This document shows, in pieces, positions 9,948 to 19,174 of a DNA stretch of 64,000 bases. Each line of letters opens with the position of its first letter. Position 1 is the stretch's first letter. Below the pieces are notes generated by a model that did not search any database, had not been told where the DNA came from, and worked only from the letters and a program-made list of their open reading frames with translations. Source of the stretch: Acidimicrobiia bacterium. Its GTDB lineage: Bacteria > Actinomycetota > Acidimicrobiia > Spongiisociales > UBA5794. The stretch spans positions 2,277 to 66,276 of the forward strand of contig BTQG01000002.1 of NCBI GenBank assembly GCA_036985755.1. Reading direction: 5' to 3'. A program made the position numbers and the translations under genes.

Positions 9948-11209
9948 TGCCCGACCCGGTCCTCCTGGATGCTCCTCCTGAGGAGCAGTGGCAGATTGAT
10001 CTGGAGCGGGTCGGGCTGCTGCGCAGGCTTCTCAACGGCAGGAAGTGGTACGGCGTCGACTGGTGGATGGTCGTGATCTCCTCGATCATGGTCGTGTTCT
10101 TCATCGTCATCGCCTTCTTCCCTGGGTTGCTGGCGCCACACGACCCGCTCGAACAGGTCGGGCCGCGGTTCCTGCCGCCGGGGGATAAACCGGACGCCGA
10201 GGTTCTGCTCTTGCGCGTGGACTCGCCCATCGAATCGCTTGCAGATCTCGCCGGCCAGGGCCGGGTGCCTACCGCCGTGGTGCAGGGGGCTCCCTCGAGC
10301 GAGGACATCCGCTCCGAAGCCGAGCGCATAACCCAAGAGCTGGCGGCCACTGGTTCCGACGATCGCATCCGGTTCCGGATCCTCCGGCTCGAGACGCTGG
10401 AGGAGGTGTTGGCCGCGATCCAGGCAGGCGACGTCGAGCTCGGCGCCGGCTCATCGCAACAGCTGGAACCGCTGATGGACGCCTACCCCGACGTGGTCAT
10501 TGCCGGGCCGATCAGCGGGGAAAAGGGTGGCAAGACCTTCCTGCTCGGCACGAATCAAATCGGTCAGGATGTGTTGAGCCGTCTCAGCTGGGGTGCCCGC
10601 ATCGCCCTCATCATCGGCTTTACCGCATCGATCTTCTCGCTCGTCCTGGGGGTGCCGCTCGGTTTGTTCGCCGGTTTCACCGGGGGGAAAATCGATAGGG
10701 GACTCACGCTGGTGATGGACAGTCTCTATGCGTTCCCCGGCCTGATTCTCGCCATCGCCATCGCTGCGGTGCTCGGCCCCAGCATCGTCAACGTGATCGT
10801 TGCCATTGCGGTCCTCTACATCCCGACCTATTACCGCATCGTCCGCGGCCAGACGCTGTCCACGAAGGAGAGCCTCCACGTGGAAGCGGCGACGAGCATC
10901 GGCGCCACCAAGACTTCCATCTTGCGCCGTTACATCTTTCCGCTGGTGATTCCATCGGTTGCGATCATCTTTTCGGTCAACATCGCAGACGCCATCCTCA
11001 CCGGCGCCGCGCTGAGCTTCCTCGGTTTGGGCCTGCCCCCTACCACACCCGATTGGGGCATCGATTTGGCCCGCGGCCAGGAGTTCATCCAAAGAGCATG
11101 GTGGCTCATCACCTTCCCCGGCATCGCCGTCATGCTCGTCGTGCTGGCGTTCACCATGCTGGGTGAAGGACTCACCGAGATCTTCAACCCGAAACTCAGG
11201 AAGCAATGA
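9947..11209 (+). CDS. ABC transporter permease (DppC/OppC-like) with a ~120-aa extracytoplasmic insertion after TM1
   Basis: The core TM bundle and EAA loop are present. A 4-nt overlap with the upstream gene places the start at 9947. Residues ~55-175 form a soluble insertion not usually present. Confidence 0.85.
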   Translation: MPDPVLLDAPPEEQWQIDLERVGLLRRLLNGRKWYGVDWWMVVISSIMVVFFIVIAFFPGLLAPHDPLEQVGPRFLPPGDKPDAEVLLLRVDSPIESLADLAGQGRVPTAVVQGAPSSEDIRSEAERITQELAATGSDDRIRFRILRLETLEEVLAAIQAGDVELGAGSSQQLEPLMDAYPDVVIAGPISGEKGGKTFLLGTNQIGQDVLSRLSWGARIALIIGFTASIFSLVLGVPLGLFAGFTGGKIDRGLTLVMDSLYAFPGLILAIAIAAVLGPSIVNVIVAIAVLYIPTYYRIVRGQTLSTKESLHVEAATSIGATKTSILRRYIFPLVIPSVAIIFSVNIADAILTGAALSFLGLGLPPTTPDWGIDLARGQEFIQRAWWLITFPGIAVMLVVLAFTMLGEGLTEIFNPKLRKQ

Positions 11210-12207
11210 GCTCGGATGTCCTGTACTCGATCCGCAACCTAGACGTCGAATACGACACCCGCCTCGGGGGGGTGCGTGCGGTCGACGATTTCTCGCTCGA
11301 TATCCAGAAGGGTGAGATCCTGGGCCTGGTAGGGGAATCCGGGTGCGGCAAGTCCACCCTCGGCAAGGGGATGATGCGCACGATCACCACCCCCGGCCAC
11401 ATCGTGGGCGGTGAGCTGTGGTTCGAGGGTGTCGACCTGATGACACTCAGCGAGAAGCAGATGAGCGGTATCCGCGGCAACAAGATCGGCATGGTGTTCC
11501 AAGACCCGATGACGTCGCTCAACCCGCTCATGACGATCGTCGACCATCTGACCGAGGCAATTCGGGCCCATCACAAAGAAGTGTCCCAACAGGCGGCACG
11601 AGCTCGGGCCACGGAGATGGTGGCCGAGCTCGGCATCCGAACCGAGCGGATCGATGACTACCCGCATCAGTTCTCCGGAGGCATGCGGCAGCGCATCATG
11701 ATCGCCCTCGTCCTGGCGCTCAACGCCTCGCTCGTGATCGCTGATGAGCCGACGACCGCACTGGATGTGATCGTCGAGGCGCAGTTCCTGGATCTGCTGA
11801 GAGGTCTCCGCAAGGAGTTCGAACTGACGATCCTCCTGATCACACACAACATCGGAGTTGTCGCCGAACTGGCGGATCGGGTGGCGGTCATGTACGCAGG
11901 GAAACTGGCGGAAGTGGCTCCGGTCGATTCACTGTTCCTTGAAACGAAACATCCCTACAGCCGCGGGCTCTTGAAGTCGGTGCCGAACATCGATGTCGAC
12001 AATCAGGAGCTGTACAAGATGGAGGGTGCGCCCCCCAACCTCATCGCCCCACCATCGGGATGCCGGTTCCACCCGCGTTGCCCATACGCGGTCGCTCTGT
12101 GCGCCGCGGAGGAACCGGAGCTCACAACGGTGAGCGGCGAGCAGCATCGAGCCACCTGCTGGATCTATTCCGATAGGAAAGATCGCCCGACGGACGGCCT
12201 CACATGA
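11206..12207 (+). CDS. ABC transporter ATP-binding protein (DppD/OppD-like)
   Basis: Walker A GESGCGKST, the LSGGMRQR signature, Walker B and a C-terminal oligopeptide-type extension with CxxC...C. The start overlaps the upstream stop (ATGA). Confidence 0.9.
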   Translation: MSSDVLYSIRNLDVEYDTRLGGVRAVDDFSLDIQKGEILGLVGESGCGKSTLGKGMMRTITTPGHIVGGELWFEGVDLMTLSEKQMSGIRGNKIGMVFQDPMTSLNPLMTIVDHLTEAIRAHHKEVSQQAARARATEMVAELGIRTERIDDYPHQFSGGMRQRIMIALVLALNASLVIADEPTTALDVIVEAQFLDLLRGLRKEFELTILLITHNIGVVAELADRVAVMYAGKLAEVAPVDSLFLETKHPYSRGLLKSVPNIDVDNQELYKMEGAPPNLIAPPSGCRFHPRCPYAVALCAAEEPELTTVSGEQHRATCWIYSDRKDRPTDGLT

Positions 12208-13250
12208 CCGACGAGAAAGCGCTGGTCAGGCTCGAACACGTTGAGAAGTTCTTCCCGGTTCCCAGGGGGCTCATCGCCAGCCTTCGCGACAGGGGGGAGA
12301 AACCTGCGGTCAGGGCGGTCGATGACGTTTCGTTCGAGATCAAGCGGGGCGAAGTGCTCGGGCTTGCCGGTGAGAGTGGCTCGGGCAAGTCCACGGTAGG
12401 TCGACTCGTGTTGCGCTTGTTGGACCCTACGGCCGGCCGCGTTTTCTTCGATGGTGTCGATCTGGCGACGCTGAAACCAGAGGAGATGCGCAAGACGCGC
12501 AGCAGGATGCAGGTCGTCTTCCAGGATCCGCTTGCCTCGCTCAACCCGCGAATGTCGGTCGGTCGGGCCGTCGAGCACCCTGCCCAGATCCACATGCCGG
12601 ATCTGACCCAGCAACAGCGGAGGGAAGCGGTGTACGAGATCTTCGGTGCGGTGGGCCTCGATCCTCCGAAGTACTTCTACGACAAGTATCCCCATCAGAT
12701 CAGCGGCGGACAGCGGCAGCGCATCGTGATGGCACGCGCCCTCATCACCCGTCCGGACCTCATCGTGGCCGACGAGCCGATCGCCATGGCAGACGTGTCG
12801 GTCCAGGCACTGCTGCTCGACTTGATGATGCGTCTCAAGGAGGAGTTCGATCTCACCTATCTCTTCATCACGCACGACCTGGCCACCACCAAGTACCTCT
12901 GTGATCGACTGGCGGTCATGTACCTGGGCAAGATCGTTGAGGTCGGGAACCTTCGGGAGGTGTTCACCAACCCGCAGCACCCGTATACGCGAGCCCTGTT
13001 GTCGGCAGTTCCGGTACCGGATCCCCGGCATCGCCGGACCGAACCGTTGCCTCAGGGTGAGATCCCGAACCCGATCAACCCTCCTGCCGGCTGTCACTTC
13101 CATCCTCGCTGCCCGATCGCGCAGAAGGGAATCTGCGATGTCGAAGCGCCGGAGCTGCTGCCGTTCCACGACGACGACGCTCATCTCGTCTCGTGTCATC
13201 TGCGAACCGGTGCCTACCAGGACCTCGATCCGGATCGGCAAATCGCATAA
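12204..13250 (+). CDS. ABC transporter ATP-binding protein (DppF/OppF-like)
   Basis: Walker A GESGSGKST, the signature ISGGQRQR and Walker B LIVADEP. The start is translationally coupled (ATGA). Confidence 0.9.
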   Translation: MTDEKALVRLEHVEKFFPVPRGLIASLRDRGEKPAVRAVDDVSFEIKRGEVLGLAGESGSGKSTVGRLVLRLLDPTAGRVFFDGVDLATLKPEEMRKTRSRMQVVFQDPLASLNPRMSVGRAVEHPAQIHMPDLTQQQRREAVYEIFGAVGLDPPKYFYDKYPHQISGGQRQRIVMARALITRPDLIVADEPIAMADVSVQALLLDLMMRLKEEFDLTYLFITHDLATTKYLCDRLAVMYLGKIVEVGNLREVFTNPQHPYTRALLSAVPVPDPRHRRTEPLPQGEIPNPINPPAGCHFHPRCPIAQKGICDVEAPELLPFHDDDAHLVSCHLRTGAYQDLDPDRQIA

Positions 13251-13280
13251 GCGGAGGCTGACGGGGTCGAATAGTGGACC

Positions 13281-13433
13281 GTGAGCGAGGGCACCCTCCG
13301 CCGGGGCGTGCTCTTTCACGATGGCACCTCGTTCGATGCCAACGACGTCGTTGCCTCGTTCGCCGCAGGTCTCGATGTCTCCAGCCCGTTGCACACCGGC
13401 AACAGCGGTGTGCGTTTCCAGCTACCAGTTCCC
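13281..13433 (+). pseudogene. Internal fragment of a family-5 SBP gene (remnant)
   Basis: The frame reads GTLRRGVLFHDGTSFDANDVVASFAAGLD, a hallmark internal segment of DppA-type binding proteins. It has no start context and runs directly into the heptamer repeat. Confidence 0.35.
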
Positions 13434-13445
13434 GGAGTCGCAAGT

Positions 13446-13508
13446 CGCAAGTCGCAAGTCGCAAGTCGCAAGTCGCAAGTCGCAAGTCGCAAGTCGCCGA
13501 ATCACCTA
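13446..13508. repeat. Tandem heptanucleotide repeat (AGTCGCA)8 + AGTCGCC
   Basis: Read directly: agtcgcaagtcgcaagtcgca... with 8 perfect units and 1 variant. The same heptamer recurs at 15989-16002 and 19149-19174. Confidence 0.9.
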
Positions 13509-13548
13509 TCACGAAGGAATCTGGGCCACCATCCGGCTTTCGACGAAG

Positions 13549-13625
13549 CTGCCGGGCCCTGCCGCCAGGCCCCTTCCCAAAGAGATCTGCCGGGCCCTGC
13601 CGCCAGCCCCTTTCCAAAAGAGAAA
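13549..13625. repeat. 38-39 bp direct tandem repeat x2
   Basis: ctgccgggccctgccgccaggccccttcccaaagagat is followed by ctgccgggccctgccgccagcccctttccaaaagagaaa. Confidence 0.85.
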
Positions 13626-13657
13626 GGAGACGGCCTCGAACTGCAAGACTGCTCGCC

Positions 13658-15988
13658 GTGAACCGCTATTTCGCAGGTGGCCCGGGACAGCCGAGGGTCC
13701 GGCGCGCCAGCGACGCCGTCGCAATCGGCATCGGTCTCCTGCTTCTGCTGTGGACCGGTCTGAACGCGGAGACGGTCCTTGCCTTCGAACAGCTCCTGGT
13801 TGATCTCGCCGTGAGTCTGCCTTCCTGGTCCAAGAACGTGTACCAAATCGGGTACCTGCTCGGGTTCTTGATGGTCATCTCGCTGTTCGTGGCCGCAATT
13901 CTCCAGGGCAGGCAGCGACTCGACCTGCTTCGCGACCTGGTTCTCGCCGTGGTCGTCTCTGCAACCGTGGCGATTCTGCTCGCCTTGTGGTTATCCGAGG
14001 CCTTTCCTTCATTCCCCCTCGAGCTGACGGGAGACGAGCCGAAGGCAGTATTTCCGATCGTCCGGGTCGCACTCCTCACCGCTTCGATCATGGTCGCCGC
14101 GCCCCAACTGAGCCGGCCGATCCGTCGCCTGGGGTGGGCCCTGGTCGTGCTCGTCGCCATCTCCGGCTTCGGGCTCGGCTTCGGGTTCCCATCGGACGCC
14201 CTCGGAGGCGTCGGCCTCGGCATGGTCGTCGGCGGCTCGATCTTGCTCGTCTTCGGCTCACCGCGCGGATATCCCGACATCGGGTCGATCGTGGCCGCCC
14301 TCTCGGATCTCGGGCTCCAGGTCGGCGACCTGGCGTTGGTGCCCGACCAATCGTGGGGATTACGAACCCTCACCGGATCCCTCGATGACGGAACAAGAGT
14401 GAAGGTCCTGGCCTACGGTCGGGACGCCTCTGACACTCACCTGGTGGCAAAGGCGTGGCGCAGTACGTGGTACCGCGAAGGTAGCGATGAGATCAGCTTG
14501 AGCCGCCTCCAGATGGTCGAACATCAGGCGCTGGCAATGCTGATGGCAAGCAGGAACGGTGTGCACACACCGGATCCGCTGGCGGTCGGGGTCGGCGGCG
14601 ACGATATGGCGCTGCTGGCTACCAGCATCGAAGGGGTGCCAATCACTTCCCCGTCGCCCGAGGAATTGACACCGATGTGGCAGGAGGTGAGCCGCCTCCA
14701 CGACAGCAGAATGGCCCATGGGTCGCTGACCCTCGAGGCAGTCACGATGAAGGATGGCACTGCCGTGCTCAGCAACTTCGCTGCGGCTTCGTTCAACGCC
14801 GGCGAGAGCCGCCAGAGCCTCGACATCGTGTCGCTCCTCTATGAGACCGCGACGATCGTCGGAGCCGAGACCGCCGTGGCCGCGGCGCATGCTGTGGTGC
14901 CCGAACAACGACTGGTTGCCGCTCTCGCCTACCTCCAGGTTCCTGCTCTGACCCGCGCCCAGCGAAAGCTCGTCGACAAACCAAAGAAGCTGGTCGCAGA
15001 GCTCAGAGACGGCATCGCAGACGCCACCGGAGCCGAGATTCCCCCGCCGGCGAAGCTGCGCAGGGTCCGGCCGAAGGACCTGATCATGCCGGGGCTTTCG
15101 CTGATCGCGGCATACGCCCTGATCGGGCTGCTCGCCGACATCGATTTCGCTGCGGTGTGGGCGGTGGTGAAAGACGCAACGTGGGCATGGATCATCATCG
15201 GGTTCTTCATCGGCCAGATCGCCTTCTTGTTCGAGGCCACCGGGATGCTGTTCGCTACCGGCTCCCCGCTGCCGATGAAACCGCTCGTCGTCCTTCAGGT
15301 GGCGGTGAAATGGATTGGCCTCGCCATCCCCAGCGCCGCCGGCCGCATCACGATGAACACGTTGTTCCTTCGCAAGTACGGGGTCCCTCCGACCATCGCC
15401 GTCACCCAGGGGGCGATCGACGGCCTTTCCGGTTTTGTCGTCGAGGCCATCATCCTGCTCATCGCCTTCATCGCCATCGACGTTCCCATCGACTATGACA
15501 CCCCTGAGATCGCGTGGGGGGTGATCCTGGTCATCGTCGTTCTCCTGATCGTGGGGGCGGTCATCGCCGTCCTGCGCATCCAGCGGTTCTACGATCTCGT
15601 GGTGCCGGTCCTCAAGGAAGCGTGGGGGTCGCTGTCCGGCGTCCTGACCGACCCCAAACGAACGCTCGGGCTGCTCGGGAGCAACCTTGCCTCGCGAATC
15701 ATCCTCGCCGTCACCCTCTGGTTCATCCTCCAGGCCGTCGGGACCCCACTGCCGTTGGTGGTAGCCCTGGTGGTGACGGTGGCCGTCAACCTGCTCGCCG
15801 GATTGGTACCGATACCCGGGGGTATCGGGGTTGCCGAGGCGGTGCTGACTTCGTTCCTCATGCTCGTCGGTCTCGGAGCCGACGAAGCGTTCGCGGTCGC
15901 CATCGTCTTCAGGATCGCCACCTTCTACATCCCCGCCGCGCAGGGGTTCTTTGGGACCCGGTGGTTGGAGACCGGCGGGTACATCTGA
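13658..15988 (+). CDS. Large membrane protein with C-terminal lysylphosphatidylglycerol-synthase-TM / flippase-like domain and a central soluble kinase-like region
   Basis: The C-terminal 300 aa carry the ...LVPIPGGIGVAEAVLTSFLMLVGL... pattern typical of LPG_synthase_TM (UPF0104). Several N-terminal TM helices are present. The start was moved to the GTG at 13658 because the upstream 128 codons are Arg-rich translation of repeats. Confidence 0.7.
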   Translation: MNRYFAGGPGQPRVRRASDAVAIGIGLLLLLWTGLNAETVLAFEQLLVDLAVSLPSWSKNVYQIGYLLGFLMVISLFVAAILQGRQRLDLLRDLVLAVVVSATVAILLALWLSEAFPSFPLELTGDEPKAVFPIVRVALLTASIMVAAPQLSRPIRRLGWALVVLVAISGFGLGFGFPSDALGGVGLGMVVGGSILLVFGSPRGYPDIGSIVAALSDLGLQVGDLALVPDQSWGLRTLTGSLDDGTRVKVLAYGRDASDTHLVAKAWRSTWYREGSDEISLSRLQMVEHQALAMLMASRNGVHTPDPLAVGVGGDDMALLATSIEGVPITSPSPEELTPMWQEVSRLHDSRMAHGSLTLEAVTMKDGTAVLSNFAAASFNAGESRQSLDIVSLLYETATIVGAETAVAAAHAVVPEQRLVAALAYLQVPALTRAQRKLVDKPKKLVAELRDGIADATGAEIPPPAKLRRVRPKDLIMPGLSLIAAYALIGLLADIDFAAVWAVVKDATWAWIIIGFFIGQIAFLFEATGMLFATGSPLPMKPLVVLQVAVKWIGLAIPSAAGRITMNTLFLRKYGVPPTIAVTQGAIDGLSGFVVEAIILLIAFIAIDVPIDYDTPEIAWGVILVIVVLLIVGAVIAVLRIQRFYDLVVPVLKEAWGSLSGVLTDPKRTLGLLGSNLASRIILAVTLWFILQAVGTPLPLVVALVVTVAVNLLAGLVPIPGGIGVAEAVLTSFLMLVGLGADEAFAVAIVFRIATFYIPAAQGFFGTRWLETGGYI

Positions 15989-16002
15989 GTCGCCAGTCGC
16001 AA
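15989..16002. repeat. Two further copies of the AGTCGC(C/A) heptamer immediately after the stop codon of the flippase-like gene
   Basis: tgAGTCGCCAGTCGCAaacc, with the stop codon overlapping the first unit. Confidence 0.6.
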
Positions 16003-16013
16003 ACCAGAAAACG

Positions 16014-16367
16014 CTAAACGAGTTTCGCTTTCAGCTGCTGATACTCGTCGTCCGTTATGTCGCCATCGTTGCGAAGCTTGGCGAGGTTGGCGATCTCCCC
16101 GGCGACCGACGAGCCGTCGGCAACGACGGCGGCGTCGTAGTGCGCCACCGCGACAGCCTCATCCGGGGTGAGGGTCGGCCGGACAATCAGGTAACCGAGA
16201 ACCCCGATGAGTGGAAACAGGACGATCAGGATCGTCCACGACACCTTGGCCCACCCCGACAGGTCGCCGCGGCGAAGCAGATCAACGAACGTCGTGATGA
16301 CGAGGAATACCCAGAGGACGAACACCGCGCCCCAGACCATCAGCATCACCAACTGCCAGAAGTTCAT
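16014..16367 (-). CDS. PLD-nuclease N-terminal (PLDc_N) membrane domain + SHOCT domain protein
   Basis: MNFWQLVMLMVWGAVFVLWVFLVITTFVDLLRRGDLSGWAKVSWTILIVLFPLIGVLGYLIV... ending ...NDGDITDDEYQQLKAKLV (SHOCT). GGAGAGGG SD sits before the ATG at 16367; the longer track ORF is rejected. Confidence 0.65.
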   Translation of the reverse strand: MNFWQLVMLMVWGAVFVLWVFLVITTFVDLLRRGDLSGWAKVSWTILIVLFPLIGVLGYLIVRPTLTPDEAVAVAHYDAAVVADGSSVAGEIANLAKLRNDGDITDDEYQQLKAKLV

Positions 16368-16461
16368 CCCTCTCCCCTTTTCTCCGTTTGCCCTCGCAGG
16401 GGGCTCGAGTCCGACTATATCTGAGACGCCAGGGCCGCCGCCGATCGATGCTAGTTTCGCC

Positions 16462-17406
16462 ATGTCTATGACTACGACAACAGACACCATGGTGCAGATC
16501 CCCGGCGGCGAATTCGCCATGGGGTCAGAGGAGTTCTACCCCGACGAGGCGCCGGTGCGCCGCATCACCGTCGATGGGTTTCGCATGGACCCCTACCAGG
16601 TGACCAACGACGAGTACGCCGGGTTCGTCGCAGCAACCGGCTACGTGACCGTTGCCGAGCACGTCCCGGACGCTGCGCTGTACCCGTTGGCGCCACCGGA
16701 GAATCTCGTACCAGGATCCCTGGTGTTCACGATGACCGATGGGCCGGTGGATCTGCGCGACTACCACAACTGGTGGCAGTGGACCCCCGGCGCACAGTGG
16801 CGGCACCCGACCGGACCGGCATCCGACCTCGACGGCCTCGGCAACCATCCGGTGGTACATATCGCCTACCAGGACGCCGAGGCGTACTGCGCCTGGGCCG
16901 GCGGCACCCTGCCCAGCGAGGCAGAATGGGAATTTGCCGCTCGCGGCGGCCTCGACGGCAAGCGGTTCGTATGGGGTGACGACGATCCTCAGGAGACCGC
17001 GCCGGTGGCGAACACCTGGCAAGGCCGTTTCCCGTTCGAGAACACCGAGGTCGACGGATACACCCGGACCGCGCCGGTCGGCTCCTTCCCGGCGAACGGA
17101 TACCACCTGTATGACATGGCGGGCAACGTGTGGGAGTGGACCGATGACTGGTTCACCGACCAGCCGGGCAGACTCGCCGAACACTCGTGTTGTGCACCGG
17201 TGGACCCTCGCGGTGCGGTGGTGGAACAGAGTTTCGACCAGCGTCAGCGAGAAACACCAATCCCGCGCAAGGTGCTGAAGGGCGGATCCCACTTGTGCAC
17301 TCCGCAGTATTGCTACCGATACCGGCCCGCCGCCCGCCAGCCGCAAATGATTGATACCGGGATGAGCCACCTCGGCTTCCGCCGCATCATGAGAGAGGAA
17401 CGCTGA
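16462..17406 (+). CDS. Formylglycine-generating enzyme (FGE-sulfatase / SUMF1) family protein
   Basis: FGE signatures are present: HPVVHIAYQDAEAYCAWAGGTLPSEAEWEFAARGG, GNVWEWT and GGSHLCTPQYCYRYRPAAR. The start was set at the ATG at 16462. Confidence 0.85.
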   Translation: MSMTTTTDTMVQIPGGEFAMGSEEFYPDEAPVRRITVDGFRMDPYQVTNDEYAGFVAATGYVTVAEHVPDAALYPLAPPENLVPGSLVFTMTDGPVDLRDYHNWWQWTPGAQWRHPTGPASDLDGLGNHPVVHIAYQDAEAYCAWAGGTLPSEAEWEFAARGGLDGKRFVWGDDDPQETAPVANTWQGRFPFENTEVDGYTRTAPVGSFPANGYHLYDMAGNVWEWTDDWFTDQPGRLAEHSCCAPVDPRGAVVEQSFDQRQRETPIPRKVLKGGSHLCTPQYCYRYRPAARQPQMIDTGMSHLGFRRIMREER

Positions 17407-17426
17407 AGCGAGACGGGACACCCTGT

Positions 17427-17476
17427 CGTTCTTGCGTCAGAAACCGCACCAATCTGCGGTTTCTGACGCAAGAACG
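17427..17476. terminator. Perfect 22-bp-arm inverted repeat between convergent genes (bidirectional terminator)
   Basis: CGTTCTTGCGTCAGAAACCGCA-ccaatc-TGCGGTTTCTGACGCAAGAACG, followed by a second GC hairpin (gggcccgcgatctcgcggaccc). Confidence 0.6.
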
Positions 17477-17533
17477 GAGCGCGACGAAGGGCCCGCGATC
17501 TCGCGGACCCTTCGCCCATTCACGTTTGTTCGA

Positions 17534-18037
17534 TTACTCGCTGGCTGCGAGAACTCCGAGGCCGACCAGAGCCATCGGGCTCAGGAAGTCCTGGGCGAGC
17601 ATGAGTCCGCCGGAGGCCTCGACTGCATCGCGCAAGGGAATGGCCCAGGTATGCTCGATCGCGAGCAGCATTGCGGCGCCGCCTGCCGGAATGGCGTCGG
17701 CGATCTCCCCGATCCTGGCCTGATCGAGGCCGTACTCGTACTTCTCCATACCCGCTACAGCACCGGCGATCGCACCGACCTCTGCACCTTCGACACCTCC
17801 GGCTCCGAGGCCTACGAGGGCCCCGATCCAGGCGCCGTAGGCCATCATCTCTTCCTCGGTCAGATCGCTGAGCTGGGCCGCGATCACCGTGCCGTCCTCG
17901 TCCTTGTACACGCCGAGCGAGTCGACGATGCGAATGTGACCCGCCGCGGTTGCATCTTCCAATGCGCCGAGAATTGATCCATCGAGTTGTGGGTCGGTGA
18001 AACCGACGGCGAGCAGCTGTAGTGGTCCGATCTGCAT
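17534..18037 (-). CDS. DUF1269-like Gly-zipper membrane protein
   Basis: MQIGPLQLLAVGFTDPQLDGSILGALEDATAAGHIRIVD... plus a Gly/Ala-rich amphipathic C-terminal half. The alternative start is at 18067. Confidence 0.5.
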   Translation of the reverse strand: MQIGPLQLLAVGFTDPQLDGSILGALEDATAAGHIRIVDSLGVYKDEDGTVIAAQLSDLTEEEMMAYGAWIGALVGLGAGGVEGAEVGAIAGAVAGMEKYEYGLDQARIGEIADAIPAGGAAMLLAIEHTWAIPLRDAVEASGGLMLAQDFLSPMALVGLGVLAASE

Positions 18038-18205
18038 GAGAGTCCCCTCTGTTACAAGCGACCGCACTTCGACCGCCGTGGGGCAAGTATATCGGTGCCC
18101 GGGTTGGTCGGATCGCTAGGGCTGTAACCCCCAATCCCTGCCCTCCCCGGCCTTGACATCGACCGAGGTCCCGTTCATGGTGGCGCTGACCAACCAGGAG
18201 CTGGC

Positions 18206-19147
18206 ATGGCTTGGACCGAAGCCGATATCCCCGACCAGACCGGCCACATCGCCGTTGTCACCGGCGCAAACGGTGGGCTTGGCTACGAAACCACCAGGGC
18301 GCTCGCCGCCAAGGGCGCCACCGTAGTGATGGCTTCCCGGAACCAGGAAAAGGCAAAGGGGGCCGAGAAGACCATCCTCGAGCACAGCCCACAGGCCGAT
18401 CTCGACCTGCGAGCGCTCGATCTAGCCTCTCTTGCTTCGGTACAGGCGTTCTCGCAAGGGGTGCTCTCGGACTACGACTCCATCGATCTCCTGATCAACA
18501 ACGCAGGGGTGATGGCGACCGCTCAGATGGAAACAGCGGACGGGTTCGAGCTGCAGTTCGGTACGAATCACCTCGGCCACTTCGCGCTGACCGCCCACCT
18601 GATGCCCGCCCTGCTTCGCACCGGGATGGGGCGGGTCGTCACCGTCACCAGCACCGCCCGCTACTTCAGAAAACCGTTGGATCCTGCCGATCCACATCTC
18701 AGGAACTCGTACGACCCTTGGCGCGCATACGGTCAGGCAAAGACGGCCAACATCCAGTTCGCCGTCGAGTTGAACCGGCGACTCGATTCCTCTGAGGCTG
18801 CGGTGGTGAGCCTTGCTGCCGACCCCGGGTTCACCGACACCAACCTGCAGAAGGAGAGCGTGCGCCTCAGCGGCGGGTCTGGCGCCTCCCGCTTCTTCGC
18901 CACGATCACCCCGGTGATCGGGATGAGCCCGGCGCGAGGGGCGCTGTCACAGCTGCGGGCTGCCACCGACCCGCAGGCCGGCGGCGGCGAGCTGTACGCA
19001 CCCAGGTGGATTGCCAACGGCTCACCGATCCGCCGGTCCATCGGGTCCGGCCTGCTGGACCCAGACGAGCTCGAGCAATTGTGGGAGCTCTCCGAATCCG
19101 AGACCGGCATCGAATTCGACGTCGCAGGAATGGTCGGCGAGAGGTAG
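18206..19147 (+). CDS. Short-chain dehydrogenase/reductase (SDR), retinol-dehydrogenase-like
   Basis: VVTGANGGLGYETTRAL (TGxxxGxG), the NNAG motif and catalytic Y...K (YGQAK). Confidence 0.85.
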   Translation: MAWTEADIPDQTGHIAVVTGANGGLGYETTRALAAKGATVVMASRNQEKAKGAEKTILEHSPQADLDLRALDLASLASVQAFSQGVLSDYDSIDLLINNAGVMATAQMETADGFELQFGTNHLGHFALTAHLMPALLRTGMGRVVTVTSTARYFRKPLDPADPHLRNSYDPWRAYGQAKTANIQFAVELNRRLDSSEAAVVSLAADPGFTDTNLQKESVRLSGGSGASRFFATITPVIGMSPARGALSQLRAATDPQAGGGELYAPRWIANGSPIRRSIGSGLLDPDELEQLWELSESETGIEFDVAGMVGER

Positions 19148-19148
19148 G

Positions 19149-19174
19149 GGTCGCGAGTCGCAAGTCGCAAGTCC
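19149..19174. repeat. Third locus of the AGTCGCA heptamer (about 3.5 units) directly after the SDR stop codon
   Basis: tagGGTCGCGAGTCGCAAGTCGCAAGTCC. A 7-bp GC hairpin (cctccccaagagcaagaggggagg) lies 40 nt further on. Confidence 0.7.

Noticed and set aside
13446-13508. Possible CRISPR array
   Set aside because: The unit is only 7 nt with no spacers. It is a simple tandem repeat.
13274-13657. 128-codon Arg/Ser-rich N-terminal extension of the 904-aa track ORF
   Set aside because: It is pure translation of the heptamer and 38-bp repeats (..SRKSQVASRKSQVASRKSQV..). The membrane protein most plausibly starts at the GTG at 13658.
16207-16461. 85-codon N-terminal extension of the FGE gene in the track
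   Set aside because: It is antisense to the PLDc_N/SHOCT gene and Arg-rich. The ATG at 16462 gives a full FGE domain.
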